Origin: Rebecca billardiae RCC1528
Lineage: Eukaryota; Protista; Haptophyta
Length of the DNA stretch: 64,000 nucleotides
Direction: 5' to 3'
Assembly (NCBI GenBank): GCA_965240325.2
Contig: OZ251226.1
Location: 2,356,001 to 2,420,000, forward strand
Of the stretch, positions 1-9,574 are shown in pieces. How positions within the stretch are numbered: the first letter of the stretch is position 1; every line of letters begins with the position of its first letter. The notes beneath the pieces were generated by a model, which saw only the letters and a list, made by a program, of their open reading frames with translations, did no database searches and was not told the origin of the DNA. Both the position numbers and the translations under genes were made by a program.

Positions 1-255
1 GTGCCCCCTGGCGCACGTGCGCCATGCGCGCGCGGGCGATGAGCATCTTGGCCTGGCCACGCAGGCAGCACATGCCCAGCTCGCGCCGCATGGTGCCGAG
101 CAGCGCGCGTTCGGCGGCGGGGCGCGAGGACGGAGGGTGCGCTGCTAACTAAGGCGCGCGCGGGCCCACGTGTCCCGCCGCATCTTGGCGATCTTCTTGA
201 GGGTGAGGTCCACCTCCGCGCTTCACTCGCCGAACGCCCCAACGACCGAATCGGG

Positions 256-302
256 ACGATACGATACGATACAATACGATACGATACGATACGATACGAT
301 AC
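256..302. repeat. (CGATA)n pentanucleotide microsatellite
   Basis: About 9 tandem CGATA units with one CAATA variant. Confidence 0.9.
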
Positions 303-1151
303 TGCTGCTAATAATGATGTAGTCGTCAAGCTGCATGGTCGATGTGATGAGTACTGCTGACGAGTGCTTCCCAGAATTCTCGGCCCGTTACGTGCCTCGC
401 GTACGGTCTAGTACTAGTAGCAGTAGCGTACTCAGCACCTACTGACAGCGTCTGACGGCACTGTCGCGTGGCTTATCGGTCCGGGCCCGCGTATACTAAC
501 AGTAACAGTAACACGTCGGACGCCGGGGCCCGGGCCCCGCGGGCCCGGCCCCGGGCCGCCCGTTTTGAAATTATTGCCGGCAGCGTCACTACCGCAGTAG
601 CCCGCACTTGGTAATATATATATATATACTGTCACGGTCGGCGGACCGGCAGCGTCGTCGGACTGCGCGCGCGCTACTAATCATCGGCGTCAACACGGTT
701 ACGTCTGCAGAAGTGTGATGCATGATGATGCGCCGGGACTCGGTGTCACTCGACTCTCGAGGCTCTGGGACCGCCGGCCGCGTCCGGGCGACCCGGGGGG
801 CGCCCGTCAGCGGCTGTTAATTGCTCGTCGTTGCTGTCCCACTGGCCGATGCCGCTTCAGTGTTGTCATCCTCGGATGCGTGCACGCCGTGCTCAAAGCG
901 CCGCGCTGGCCCTCCTCGAGCTGCGTCGCGCATCGGAAGGGTTGTCACTGATTGACAGACAGCAGACCGGAGACCCCGGCAACTACAGCCGCTTGCATCA
1001 GCTGGACTGAGCAGGCGCAGAGCAGGGCCGTCACGCGACGCCGGAGCTGGAGAACCTGCGCGAGGACGAGAGAACGCAGCGAGAGCCCGCCTGCGCACTA
1101 TGCGCTGCGCGTCGGGCAGCTCAGACCCTGGGCTTCTCGGCCAGGCACCCC

Positions 1152-1676
1152 TCACGCGGACATGGACGGATCGGGAGCAATGGATGATGTCAACCCCATC
1201 TTCTGCAGGCCCGTGCAGTACTGCTTCGCCATCTGCTTCCACGTGGTGGTGACGGTGGCGATGCCCGACATGTGCGCCTCGACAGTGATCTTGAATGCCT
1301 TCTTGCGGCTCACCGTCTTCACCACCTTGGTGATCGCCATCGACACGTAATCGAATGTGTGCACGTCATCGTTGTGCAGGAGCACCCGCCAGATGGGCTC
1401 CTTGTCCACCTGCTCCTTTCGCTCGGTCTCAACGTCCGGTTTGACTTTGTCGATCGTCACGACGCGCGAGCTCTTTCGCTCCTGCTCCCGTGCCGAGTCA
1501 GACGCCCGTGGGTCGATCACCATCTGCACGCCGCGTGCCGCCACCGCTACGCGCGACGCTGGTCGCGCTGCCACAGGTCGGCCCGTGGCGAGTGTTCCGG
1601 GCGAGCGCGAGGATGCGCAGAGCCCAACCACAGACAGAAGCAGGGCGCCCCTCGCGACGGCAGCCAGAGTCGGCAT
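1152..1676 (-). CDS. clpS: ATP-dependent Clp protease adaptor ClpS, probably plastid-targeted
   Basis: ClpS core: WRVLLHNDDVHTFDYV...AFKITVEAHMSGIATV...AKQYCTGLQKMGLTSSIAP. N-terminus MPTLAAVARGALLLSVVGLCA (signal-like) is followed by a Ser/Arg/Ala-rich transit-like segment. ATG at 1676. Confidence 0.9.
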   Translation of the reverse strand: MPTLAAVARGALLLSVVGLCASSRSPGTLATGRPVAARPASRVAVAARGVQMVIDPRASDSAREQERKSSRVVTIDKVKPDVETERKEQVDKEPIWRVLLHNDDVHTFDYVSMAITKVVKTVSRKKAFKITVEAHMSGIATVTTTWKQMAKQYCTGLQKMGLTSSIAPDPSMSA

Positions 1677-1984
1677 CCTTGCCGGAAATGTCACCGTCCG
1701 TCCCGAAGTCGCTGTGGTCACGGAGATGCCACCACGGCCACCCAAATCAAAGATGGCGCCCAGGAGACCACGTGTTCGAGACGCGTTTGACGAGACGCGT
1801 CATCAAATGATCATTCCGCGATTCATAATTGCGCCGACGATTAATTTTAATTCAACGATGCGATGGGCGATGGCTGCTCCAGGCCGACGACAAATCGACA
1901 ATGGCGAGCAGCCGAAGCTGAAGAGTGACGGCGCGCCGCGCGCTGGTCGTATCCGCCTGAGGCTGCGGTGGTCTCAGCAAGCTG

Positions 1985-3858
1985 CTACGATGGCGAGGAC
2001 CCTGCAGCTGCGGGCGCCGCTTGCGCCGCGCCGCGCTGCGCCATGCGGTTGTAGAGGCTGCTCACTCGCGCGTGCAGCTGCTCGACCTTGCGGCGGTTGT
2101 TGGTGACTGTCGCGTCGGCGCTCTCTTCGCCCATCGAGGTGCGATGCTCTTCGAGCGTACGCACGACATCGGCGAACGCCACGCCCTGCGCGTGCATCTC
2201 GCTCAGCGTGTGCCTGCTCAGGCCCGCATCACCGCTCGTGAGCAGGTAGCCGATGACCGCAGAGCTGAGCTGCACCGTGAACTCGCCCGCGTCGAGACGG
2301 CCGAGGAAGCGCTCCTCCTCGTCGGGAGGGTCGAGCCCTTGCCGCTCGTTCCGCGCAGCCATGTTCTCGAACGCCTCCTCAAAGTCGTCCACGCGATCAG
2401 CGTACTTGCCCCGCACGCGCACCACCGCGCGCACCTTCTCGCCGTCGCGCTCCACGAACTTTCCGAGAAGCCTCTGGCGCGGCGTGCCCGTCAGCTCGTG
2501 GCACAGAGTGCAGAGCACGCTCATGAGGTGCTCGTCGTCCTCCTTCTCCAGCGCAGTCTTCTCCTTCTTCGACTTCACGTGCTCCGTCGTCAGGTGCCGC
2601 TGCCCGCCGACGAACGGGAAGAGCGCCGGAAAGCCCGAGACCTCGACGAACCGCTCGCAGCACACGGCGTTGCGCTGGAGGGCAAAGTCGAGCGCCTTGA
2701 GCGCGCACCGCGCGGCGTACCTGTTCTCGCGCAGGGTGAGCACCATCAGCTCGATGCCCTCGGCGCGCAGGAAGACCGTCTGGTTTGACGGCAGCAGTAG
2801 CGCCGAGCAGAGGCAGTCGTACACATTCTCCGCGAGCTCGGCCTCCTCCGACGTGGGCGGGTCTGCCGGGACGCACCGCCGGGTCGTGCACGGGAGGGGA
2901 CGCCCCCGTGAGCGCGGCGCGCATGGCGAGGCGCAGGGTGCGAGCGCGCACGGGCTACGGCGGTGGCGGTGCGTGCCGCGCGCCGCGCACCCTTGCGCTT
3001 GTACGCCGACGCTGCGAGCAGCAGCACGTCCACGCCGTCGAGCTCGGCGAGCCGCTTCTGGTTCTCCGGCTGGCTCTGCAGCAGGATTGAGAGCAGCTCT
3101 GTCGCATACAGCCGGTTGGCGTCAAAGGCGCGCTCCTTCACCCTGCGGAGCAGCCAAGGCATGAAGGCGGTCTTGGCGACGACGAGCGGCGCCAGCTTGG
3201 ACGGGTCCGACTCGAGCATGTTCTCGATGATCCCGAGCGTCTTGTGCACCGCCTCCGACTCCTCGGCGACGGTCTCGTTCAGCCTGCCCAGGCAGTCGAC
3301 GAGTACGTCAAAGGCCGAATTCTCGACGAGCGCGCTGATGAGCACGTTCGCCTGCTCGAGCTCAGGCAGGTCGGTGAGGAGGTCGGAGTCGGTGAGCTCG
3401 GCGAGGAGCTCGATCACGCCGATCACGATGTCCAGGTTCTCGTGCGCAAGCAGGCCGAGCACCGTCGGCAGGCAGCCGGCGCTGACAAACGTCGGCAGCA
3501 GCTCGGGCGACGTGCCGAGCACACGGAACTTGTGAAGCTCGGCGTACAGCTCGATCTCGGAGTCCAGAAACTTGCTCGGCTGGTCACCGAACTTCGCGCG
3601 CATCTTGACGTTCTCCGTGACGCGTTTCTCGAACGCAAGCACGAGGTGCTTGAGCGAGCGCTCGTCGAGAGCGTCCTCCTCCACCTCGCCCCGCTGGTCG
3701 GCGGCCTGCAGCGTGCGGTTGACCGTCTCGCGCGTGGCCGCCGCCGCACGCTCCACCCGACCACGCTTGGCGTCGCGCGCCGCGTCTGCGGGCTCATCGG
3801 CCGCCGCCTCCCGCTTGCGCAAGATCTCCTCCTCGAGCTGGGCGAGCGCGTCCGCCAT
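1985..3858 (-). CDS. CTNNBL1: Beta-catenin-like protein 1 (spliceosomal Prp19/CDC5L complex), 2 exons
   Basis: Motifs FEKRVTENVKMRAKFGDQPSKFLDSEIEL, LLAHENLDI, NRLYATELLSILLQ. Removing GT-AG intron 2863-2990 joins YKRK-DPPTSEEAELAENVYDCLCS and continues to EGIELMVL...ALKALDFAL. Confidence 0.92.
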
Positions 3859-4200
3859 GGCCGCGACGCCGAGGGCTTGGTTCGGGGTTGGGAGTACCGG
3901 AAAACCGGGGAAATTAATAAGTATAGTGAGTATAAGTGACGGGAAAAGGGAAATTCAGACAGAATTGTCGCGGTTTTCGATGACTCACGGCCCTCAAGCT
4001 GAGTGATCAAGCTCCACATCAGCCTCCCAGGAACACTTCACAACTGTAGAATACGACTACAGTAGACGACTACAAGTACATAGCTCGGTGACTCCCACCT
4101 TCCCTTAGGCCTTACATTGATGCCGAACGTGAAGCCTGGCATCAGAGTCGTAACACTGTATTGCAAGATGCAGTCTGCGAAGAGTCCGGACCAGGGCGCG

Positions 4201-4259
4201 TAATCTCGCCTGCCTGAGTGCCTGAGCTGTGTGCGTCTCTTATTCTTTAGTAAACTGTA
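4201..4259 (-). repeat. Short dispersed repeat module AAGAATAAGAGACGCACACAGCTCAGGCAGGCG with adjacent 12-mer
   Basis: Same module at 31137-31169 (+), 33251-33290 (-), 43736-43768 (+), 54687-54719 (+). This copy carries an internal TGCCTGAG duplication. Confidence 0.85.
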
Positions 4260-4350
4260 CCGCGCAACCCAGGCCGCGGACCTGGCTGCCCCACACCACT
4301 GGGCTGCACTGCGACCACGCACGCTGCCTGCAACGTAGTGCCAGCAGTCG

Positions 4351-6017
4351 TCACGCGGGCATCTTCGTAGTGAGGTACTCGAGCACCGCGCCCTGCTTCT
4401 TGTTGGCTTGCGCGTACTCGATCGCCAGCTTGTTGCGAGCGTCGCGCGCCTCGAGGTCAGCGTCGGCCTCGACGAGGCTGCGAACGACCTCCACCGTGCC
4501 TGTGGGCGGCGTGCGCGGCGCGGCGCGCAAGCGTGGAGCGGAGCCCGTCGTGAGCGCGAGGAACGGCCACGCGATGCGCGGCGTACGGCCCAAGCGCAGC
4601 CGCGGCGCGCGTGCCCCGCGTGATGCTGCGATGCTGCGCGCGCACGGCCGCACGCACCTGTGCGCGCCGCAATGTGGAGTGGGCGCATCTGGGCTCGGCC
4701 AGGGCGGTTCACGTCGGCGCGGGCGTCGATGAGCATGCGCACGTGGCTGAGCGATCCTCGCTGCGCCGCGTTGTGCAGCGGCGTGTTCTCCAGCCCGCTG
4801 TCGCGGTTGCCCAGGTGCACGTCCGCGCCCGCCTGCAGCAGCAGCAGGCACACCGCATCGTGCTCAGCCTCCAGCGCAAGGTGCAGCGCTGTGGCCTCCG
4901 CCTCGCCCTCCCGGGCGTTCACGTCGGCCGCGTGCTCGAGCAGGAGCGAGACCATCTCCGTGCGCCCGGCGCAGCCCTGCGCACACGCGCACGCGCGCAC
5001 GCGCGCACGCGCGCACGCGCGATCCATCATGCCGCGCGCGCGTGACGACGGCAGTGCCGCCTCGGGTGTGCCGGGCGGCCGCCGGTTGGAGTGCAACGCT
5101 TGATGCGGCATGCACCAAAGGCGGGGGCCGCGCGCCAGAGCGCACGCGGGCGGGCGTACCTCCACGGCGAGGTGCAGGCAGGCCTTCCCGACGTCGCTCA
5201 CCGTCGAAAGCTGGCCGAACGCCTCCCGCCGCTCCCAGTCGCCGCTGCCGTACTCACTTGACGAGCGCGTGAACTGGTTGGGGTTTGCGCGCCCGCTGCC
5301 CAACATCTGCGCCGCGACCGCGACGAATTGCTCGTACGCCGGCACCGGCTCGTCGGCCGCGCCCGAGGCAGCGGGCGGGTCCGGGGCTGCCGCGCGCACC
5401 GCAATGTGCAGCGGCGACAGCCCCGAGCGGCACAGGACGCTCGGGTCGGCCCCGTGTGAGAGCAGGATGCCGCACGCACCCTCGTCGGCGCGCTTTGCAA
5501 CGATCGCGAGCGCGACCTCGCCCTCGTCGTCCATGCCGTCGAGCGCGATGGTCTGCGAGGCGAGGAGCGTTTGCAGCGCCGCGGCCGCATCCACCCCGCG
5601 CGCCGCCTCGTGCAGCTCGGTCCGGGGCTTGCCGAACGCCGGGCGGGAGTCTGGCTCCGGGCACATCTCGAACGCGCGCATTCGGTTGCCCGCGCACAGG
5701 TTCACATCCGCGCCGTTCTCGATGAGGTAGCGCCCGGTCTCGACTTGGTTGCGCTGGGCGGCGCAGTGGAGCGGGCTCGCGCCGAAGCGGTTGACCGCGT
5801 TCACGTTCGCGCCCGCCGCGAGAAGGAGCCGGACGGCGTCGAGCGAGCCCCACATCGACGCAATGTGCAGCGCGGACTGGTCGATGGTGTTGGCGGTGTC
5901 GGGCGAGGCGTTCGCACTGAGGAGCGAGCTCAGCGTCACAACGTCGTTGTCCTTTGCCGCCCCTAGCACGGCATTGATCATCCTGGGGTCGGCGGTCTGC
6001 GGAGCAGGCGGCTCCAT
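4351..6017 (-). CDS. Ankyrin-repeat protein, 3 exons
   Basis: Many ANK motifs (SALHIAS, SPLHCAA, TALHLAL, TPLHNAA, RPLHIAA). Introns 4977-5159 (183 nt, in frame) and 4500-4657. Last exon GTVEVVRSLVEADADLEARD...KMPA*. Confidence 0.85.
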
Positions 6018-6210
6018 GGCGACGGGCACCCGACGCGCGCGCGGTGGGCGGGTCACGCCCAGTCGGCGCCCGCCAGCACGACGGTGCCGGGCGGGCGCGC
6101 AGGGACCAGGGCGCAGCACCGGACCGGCGGCGCTGCGCTTGCGCCTCGATCACCGAGAGATGGCGACGGCCAGCGCGCCTGGTCGCTAAGATGTGCGGCT
6201 GCTCGGTTCG

Positions 6211-8013
6211 ATGGCGTGGCTCCTCGAGCGCGTGGTTTTCGGCGTCACGCTCTTTGCGGCCCTCCTGCTCGTACTCAACCTCATCCAGGCGCAGAACGGC
6301 ACACTCGATCCCATCGTTGCCGTGCCCACGATTCCGGGGCAGCGGGAGCGCAGCCCGCGGCACGCCCCACCGCCTGTCGTCCTTGGAAGCAATCGCACGG
6401 TGCAGGCCGAGCGCACACAGATACGCGTCGCGCCGAGCGCGCCGCAGCTCTTGCAGGCGCCGCGGGGCGAGCCCTCACGCGTCCGAGTGCGGGAGGTATA
6501 CGTTCCACAGACGCCGACCGCAGCGGCGCAGCCTTTGCGTGCGCAGCCGCGCATTCGTCTGAGAACGCCGGAACGCAGGCGGGTGCCGGGGGACGCAACT
6601 GCGCCAGGGCGACTGGCACCTGCGTGGCTGAACCTGACGTCGGCTCTGCGCGGACGTGGCGCCCCGCAGCTCAACGAGAGCTGGCGGTGCCCGAGCGGGG
6701 GGCAGCTGGAGCTCCTTGGGATGAGCCACAATCGGCAGGGCAAGCCATTCGTGGAGAGCAAGAAGACGACCGTCCCGCCCGTCAACGACATTGTCGCTCT
6801 CCCGCCTCCGCCGACCTGCATGCTCTTCGCATTCTTCCACTTCGACAAGGCCGGCGGCACCGTCCTGCGCGAGTACTTTGATCGGCTGGCCGCTGGCTGC
6901 CGCTCGCGCTCTGCCGTCGACTTTTGCGGCGCGCCCTTCTTTGAGCGCCTGCCCGAGTACAACTACACCTGGTGGGTGGACGACGCGGCAGCGCGTGCGC
7001 AGCTACCGCGAGTGTGGATCGAGTTCCACGCCGGGAGGTTCGGCCTCACGCTCGGCAAGCTCAGCGCCATACGTGCCGCGCTGCGCAACACTGGCTGCCA
7101 AGTGCTGAGCGCGACCATGATCCGCGAGCCGGTTGCCCAGCTCCAGTCGGCGTTCATGTACTGGGGGATCCAGCAGAAGCACTACAACGGCACCATCTTC
7201 CAGTGGTCGGACGAGCTCGGGCTACTGCCCCAGGAAGCGGGTGGGCTGGGCCCCGGCCGAACCGACTGGTTCTTCGGCAGGGTCAAGTTTGCCAACACAA
7301 CGCACCGCAAGGTGTGGGTGGGCGGGAAGCAGCAGCGCCACAGCGTCGACCTCAACCCGTGCAACCAGCGCGTGGGCAAGCCGTGCGATCCGCGCTGCCG
7401 CGAGATGCTCCATGGCTTCCTGCGCGCGCAGGACGTGGTTGCGCCCACGGAGGAGTGGGAGACCGTCTTCCTCGAGCTGAGCGCACGCATGGGCCTCACC
7501 AAGATGCCACTGCACTACAAGCCATCCCAGTGCCGATCGCTCCTCATGAAGCGGGAGGCTGCAAAGCGTGACAGCCTGCGCCACGGGCTCGTGCACCACC
7601 GCGATGAGCTGCGTGCGTATGTGCCCTGCTCGCTCGAGGTGTACCACCATTGGGCGGAGAAGTATCGGCAGCGGGTGGCCACGCAGCTGTGGGCAAGCGA
7701 CGCATTTCGTGCGCGCGTGTGCACGCTGGAGGCACAGTACACGTGCCACCTCAACCACGGGAAGCTGAGCAAGTACGAGGCCAAGCAGTTCACCCAGTTC
7801 TACTGCCGCATGCAGGCATCCATTGCTGCGCCCGGCGTCTGCCCGGAGGCGGCGGCCGGAAGCGCTGCCGGCGACCGTGCTTCTGGCCGGCGTGACGACG
7901 GCGCCGCCATCGGGAAGCAGAAGAACGAGCCTGGCACTGCGGCGCGCGCAGCACGGTCCGGTCGGCCTCTTGCCCTCCGCGGGCCTCCGCAGACAGTCCG
8001 CGCTGCCATCTAG
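6211..8013 (+). CDS. Type II membrane sulfotransferase-like protein
   Basis: N-terminal TM helix, Pro-rich stem, 5'-PSB-like FFHFDKAGGT and 3'-PB-like IREPVAQLQSAFMY. Paralog of 58586-60157. Confidence 0.75.
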   Translation: MAWLLERVVFGVTLFAALLLVLNLIQAQNGTLDPIVAVPTIPGQRERSPRHAPPPVVLGSNRTVQAERTQIRVAPSAPQLLQAPRGEPSRVRVREVYVPQTPTAAAQPLRAQPRIRLRTPERRRVPGDATAPGRLAPAWLNLTSALRGRGAPQLNESWRCPSGGQLELLGMSHNRQGKPFVESKKTTVPPVNDIVALPPPPTCMLFAFFHFDKAGGTVLREYFDRLAAGCRSRSAVDFCGAPFFERLPEYNYTWWVDDAAARAQLPRVWIEFHAGRFGLTLGKLSAIRAALRNTGCQVLSATMIREPVAQLQSAFMYWGIQQKHYNGTIFQWSDELGLLPQEAGGLGPGRTDWFFGRVKFANTTHRKVWVGGKQQRHSVDLNPCNQRVGKPCDPRCREMLHGFLRAQDVVAPTEEWETVFLELSARMGLTKMPLHYKPSQCRSLLMKREAAKRDSLRHGLVHHRDELRAYVPCSLEVYHHWAEKYRQRVATQLWASDAFRARVCTLEAQYTCHLNHGKLSKYEAKQFTQFYCRMQASIAAPGVCPEAAAGSAAGDRASGRRDDGAAIGKQKNEPGTAARAARSGRPLALRGPPQTVRAAI

Positions 8014-8264
8014 CTCCGCCTGAGACGAGGCTATTAGCGTATGATGTGGCTAGACGCGATTCAGTTGTTAGCTGCACGAGGCATCAAGCAGCGCGCGCCT
8101 GCTATTACATTCATCGCCGCCCTGCGACGACTGAGCCGAGAAGTGCGACGACGGTAACTACTACACCCTGTGCAACCCCGGCGGTGCCGCCCCTTACTCA
8201 CTTAGCGGGACGCCGACCACGATGCTCTTCTTACGCCCGCGTCGGACCGGACACAGCAGCGCGC

Positions 8265-9557
8265 TCAGTAGCCGGCCTCCCTAGGCGGCAGCGTCCGCTT
8301 GAGCTCTGCCGGTAGCGGGCCAGCGCGGGGGCTCCACCCGGTGCGCACCCACGCGGCAATCTGCTTGTCGGTGCACTCGAGCAAGTGGACAGGCGAACCG
8401 GTTCGCCTGTCCCCGTCGTCCGGGGCGCCGCACGCGCACACGTTACGAAGCCACCACACGATCCGGCGTGGGTTGCGCTCGAAGGTGTTCGACAGGTAGT
8501 CGTGGTTCTGTCGCTGCTGTGCGGATAGCCCCTCGAGGCCCTGTGGCAGCCACAGGCGGTCCAGTACCCTCTCCACGCGGAACAGCATGCGGCGCACGGC
8601 GCGCGCTTTGCGCTCAGCCTTCTCCGGCTCCACTTCGTCGCGCAGCTCCTCTTCGGCGCGCAGCACGCGGAGCACCTCCTCCTGTGTGATCCACGGGTGC
8701 GACGGCGTGAGCACATCGGGGTACTCGTCATGGACCGCACTGAGGCCATCCATCACGACGTTGCCGGCAGGCTGCGCGTCGTCGTCGTCGCTGCTGTCGC
8801 CCTCGTCCTCCTCCTCGACCTGCTCGCTTTCGGGCTGCTCCATCAGCGCCACGATGCACCGCTCGCAGAGGCACAGCTCGGCGAACTGCAGGAAGCGGAA
8901 GACCAGCTGGCGCATCGCCCCCTCGCCTTCGAAAGACGGGCTCATCCCGTGCGCGAAGCGGCGGAAGTCGACGGTGCCGTCGCCGTAGCACGGCACGCGC
9001 AGCTGCGCCTGCAGGCGCATCGTGCGCAGCTCGAGCGCCGGGCAGCTCTCTTCAGTGTGGCCAAAGCAGTAGTCGCCGCAGCGCAGCGCGCGCGTCGTCC
9101 AGGACGGATCGCCCTGGCCGATGGCTTGGAGTAGCGCGGTGCGCGCTGCGACGCCCTCGTTCGGGGGCTCGCCCATATCCTCCAGGTTGAGCACCGCCGT
9201 CCGCGCGCACAGGGTCACTTGCTTTGGCGAGAGGGACGGGAGCGACGGCTGCGGCGAATAGCGCCAGTCGTCGACGAGCAGGTTTTGGGGGCGCACACGA
9301 AAGCTGCCTTCGACGCCGTCGATTCGAGTGCACGGCACCCTGAAGTCACCAAGCGGGTCAGAGCTTATGGCCAGGGCTTTCAGCTCCGGGGAATGCACGA
9401 CGCGCACGCGCGCGCCGTTGAGCGCGCGGCCGCGCTCGGAGGTGAGACCAAGGACGATGTAGGAGTGTGGCGAGCTCACGGGGTCCACGATGATGCTTCG
9501 GTGCGATTTTACGCGCCACTCCATGGCCTGGGTGGTGGGCGCGCTCGCTGCAGACAT
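8265..9557 (-). CDS. Hypothetical protein (N-terminal GLTSERGRALNG beta-domain, acidic linker, Cys/His motifs)
   Basis: 430-aa ORF with protein-like composition, unlike the R/A/P-rich shadow ORFs. Contains CLCERC and CACG...HLLEC motifs. Start could also be MEW at 9524. Confidence 0.65.
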   Translation of the reverse strand: MSAASAPTTQAMEWRVKSHRSIIVDPVSSPHSYIVLGLTSERGRALNGARVRVVHSPELKALAISSDPLGDFRVPCTRIDGVEGSFRVRPQNLLVDDWRYSPQPSLPSLSPKQVTLCARTAVLNLEDMGEPPNEGVAARTALLQAIGQGDPSWTTRALRCGDYCFGHTEESCPALELRTMRLQAQLRVPCYGDGTVDFRRFAHGMSPSFEGEGAMRQLVFRFLQFAELCLCERCIVALMEQPESEQVEEEDEGDSSDDDDAQPAGNVVMDGLSAVHDEYPDVLTPSHPWITQEEVLRVLRAEEELRDEVEPEKAERKARAVRRMLFRVERVLDRLWLPQGLEGLSAQQRQNHDYLSNTFERNPRRIVWWLRNVCACGAPDDGDRRTGSPVHLLECTDKQIAAWVRTGWSPRAGPLPAELKRTLPPREAGY

Positions 9558-9574
9558 CGCCGGTCGGATCGTCG

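Noticed and set aside
1-240. GC-rich segment at the window edge
   Set aside because: It is short, interrupted by stops and truncated by the window, so it cannot be assigned.
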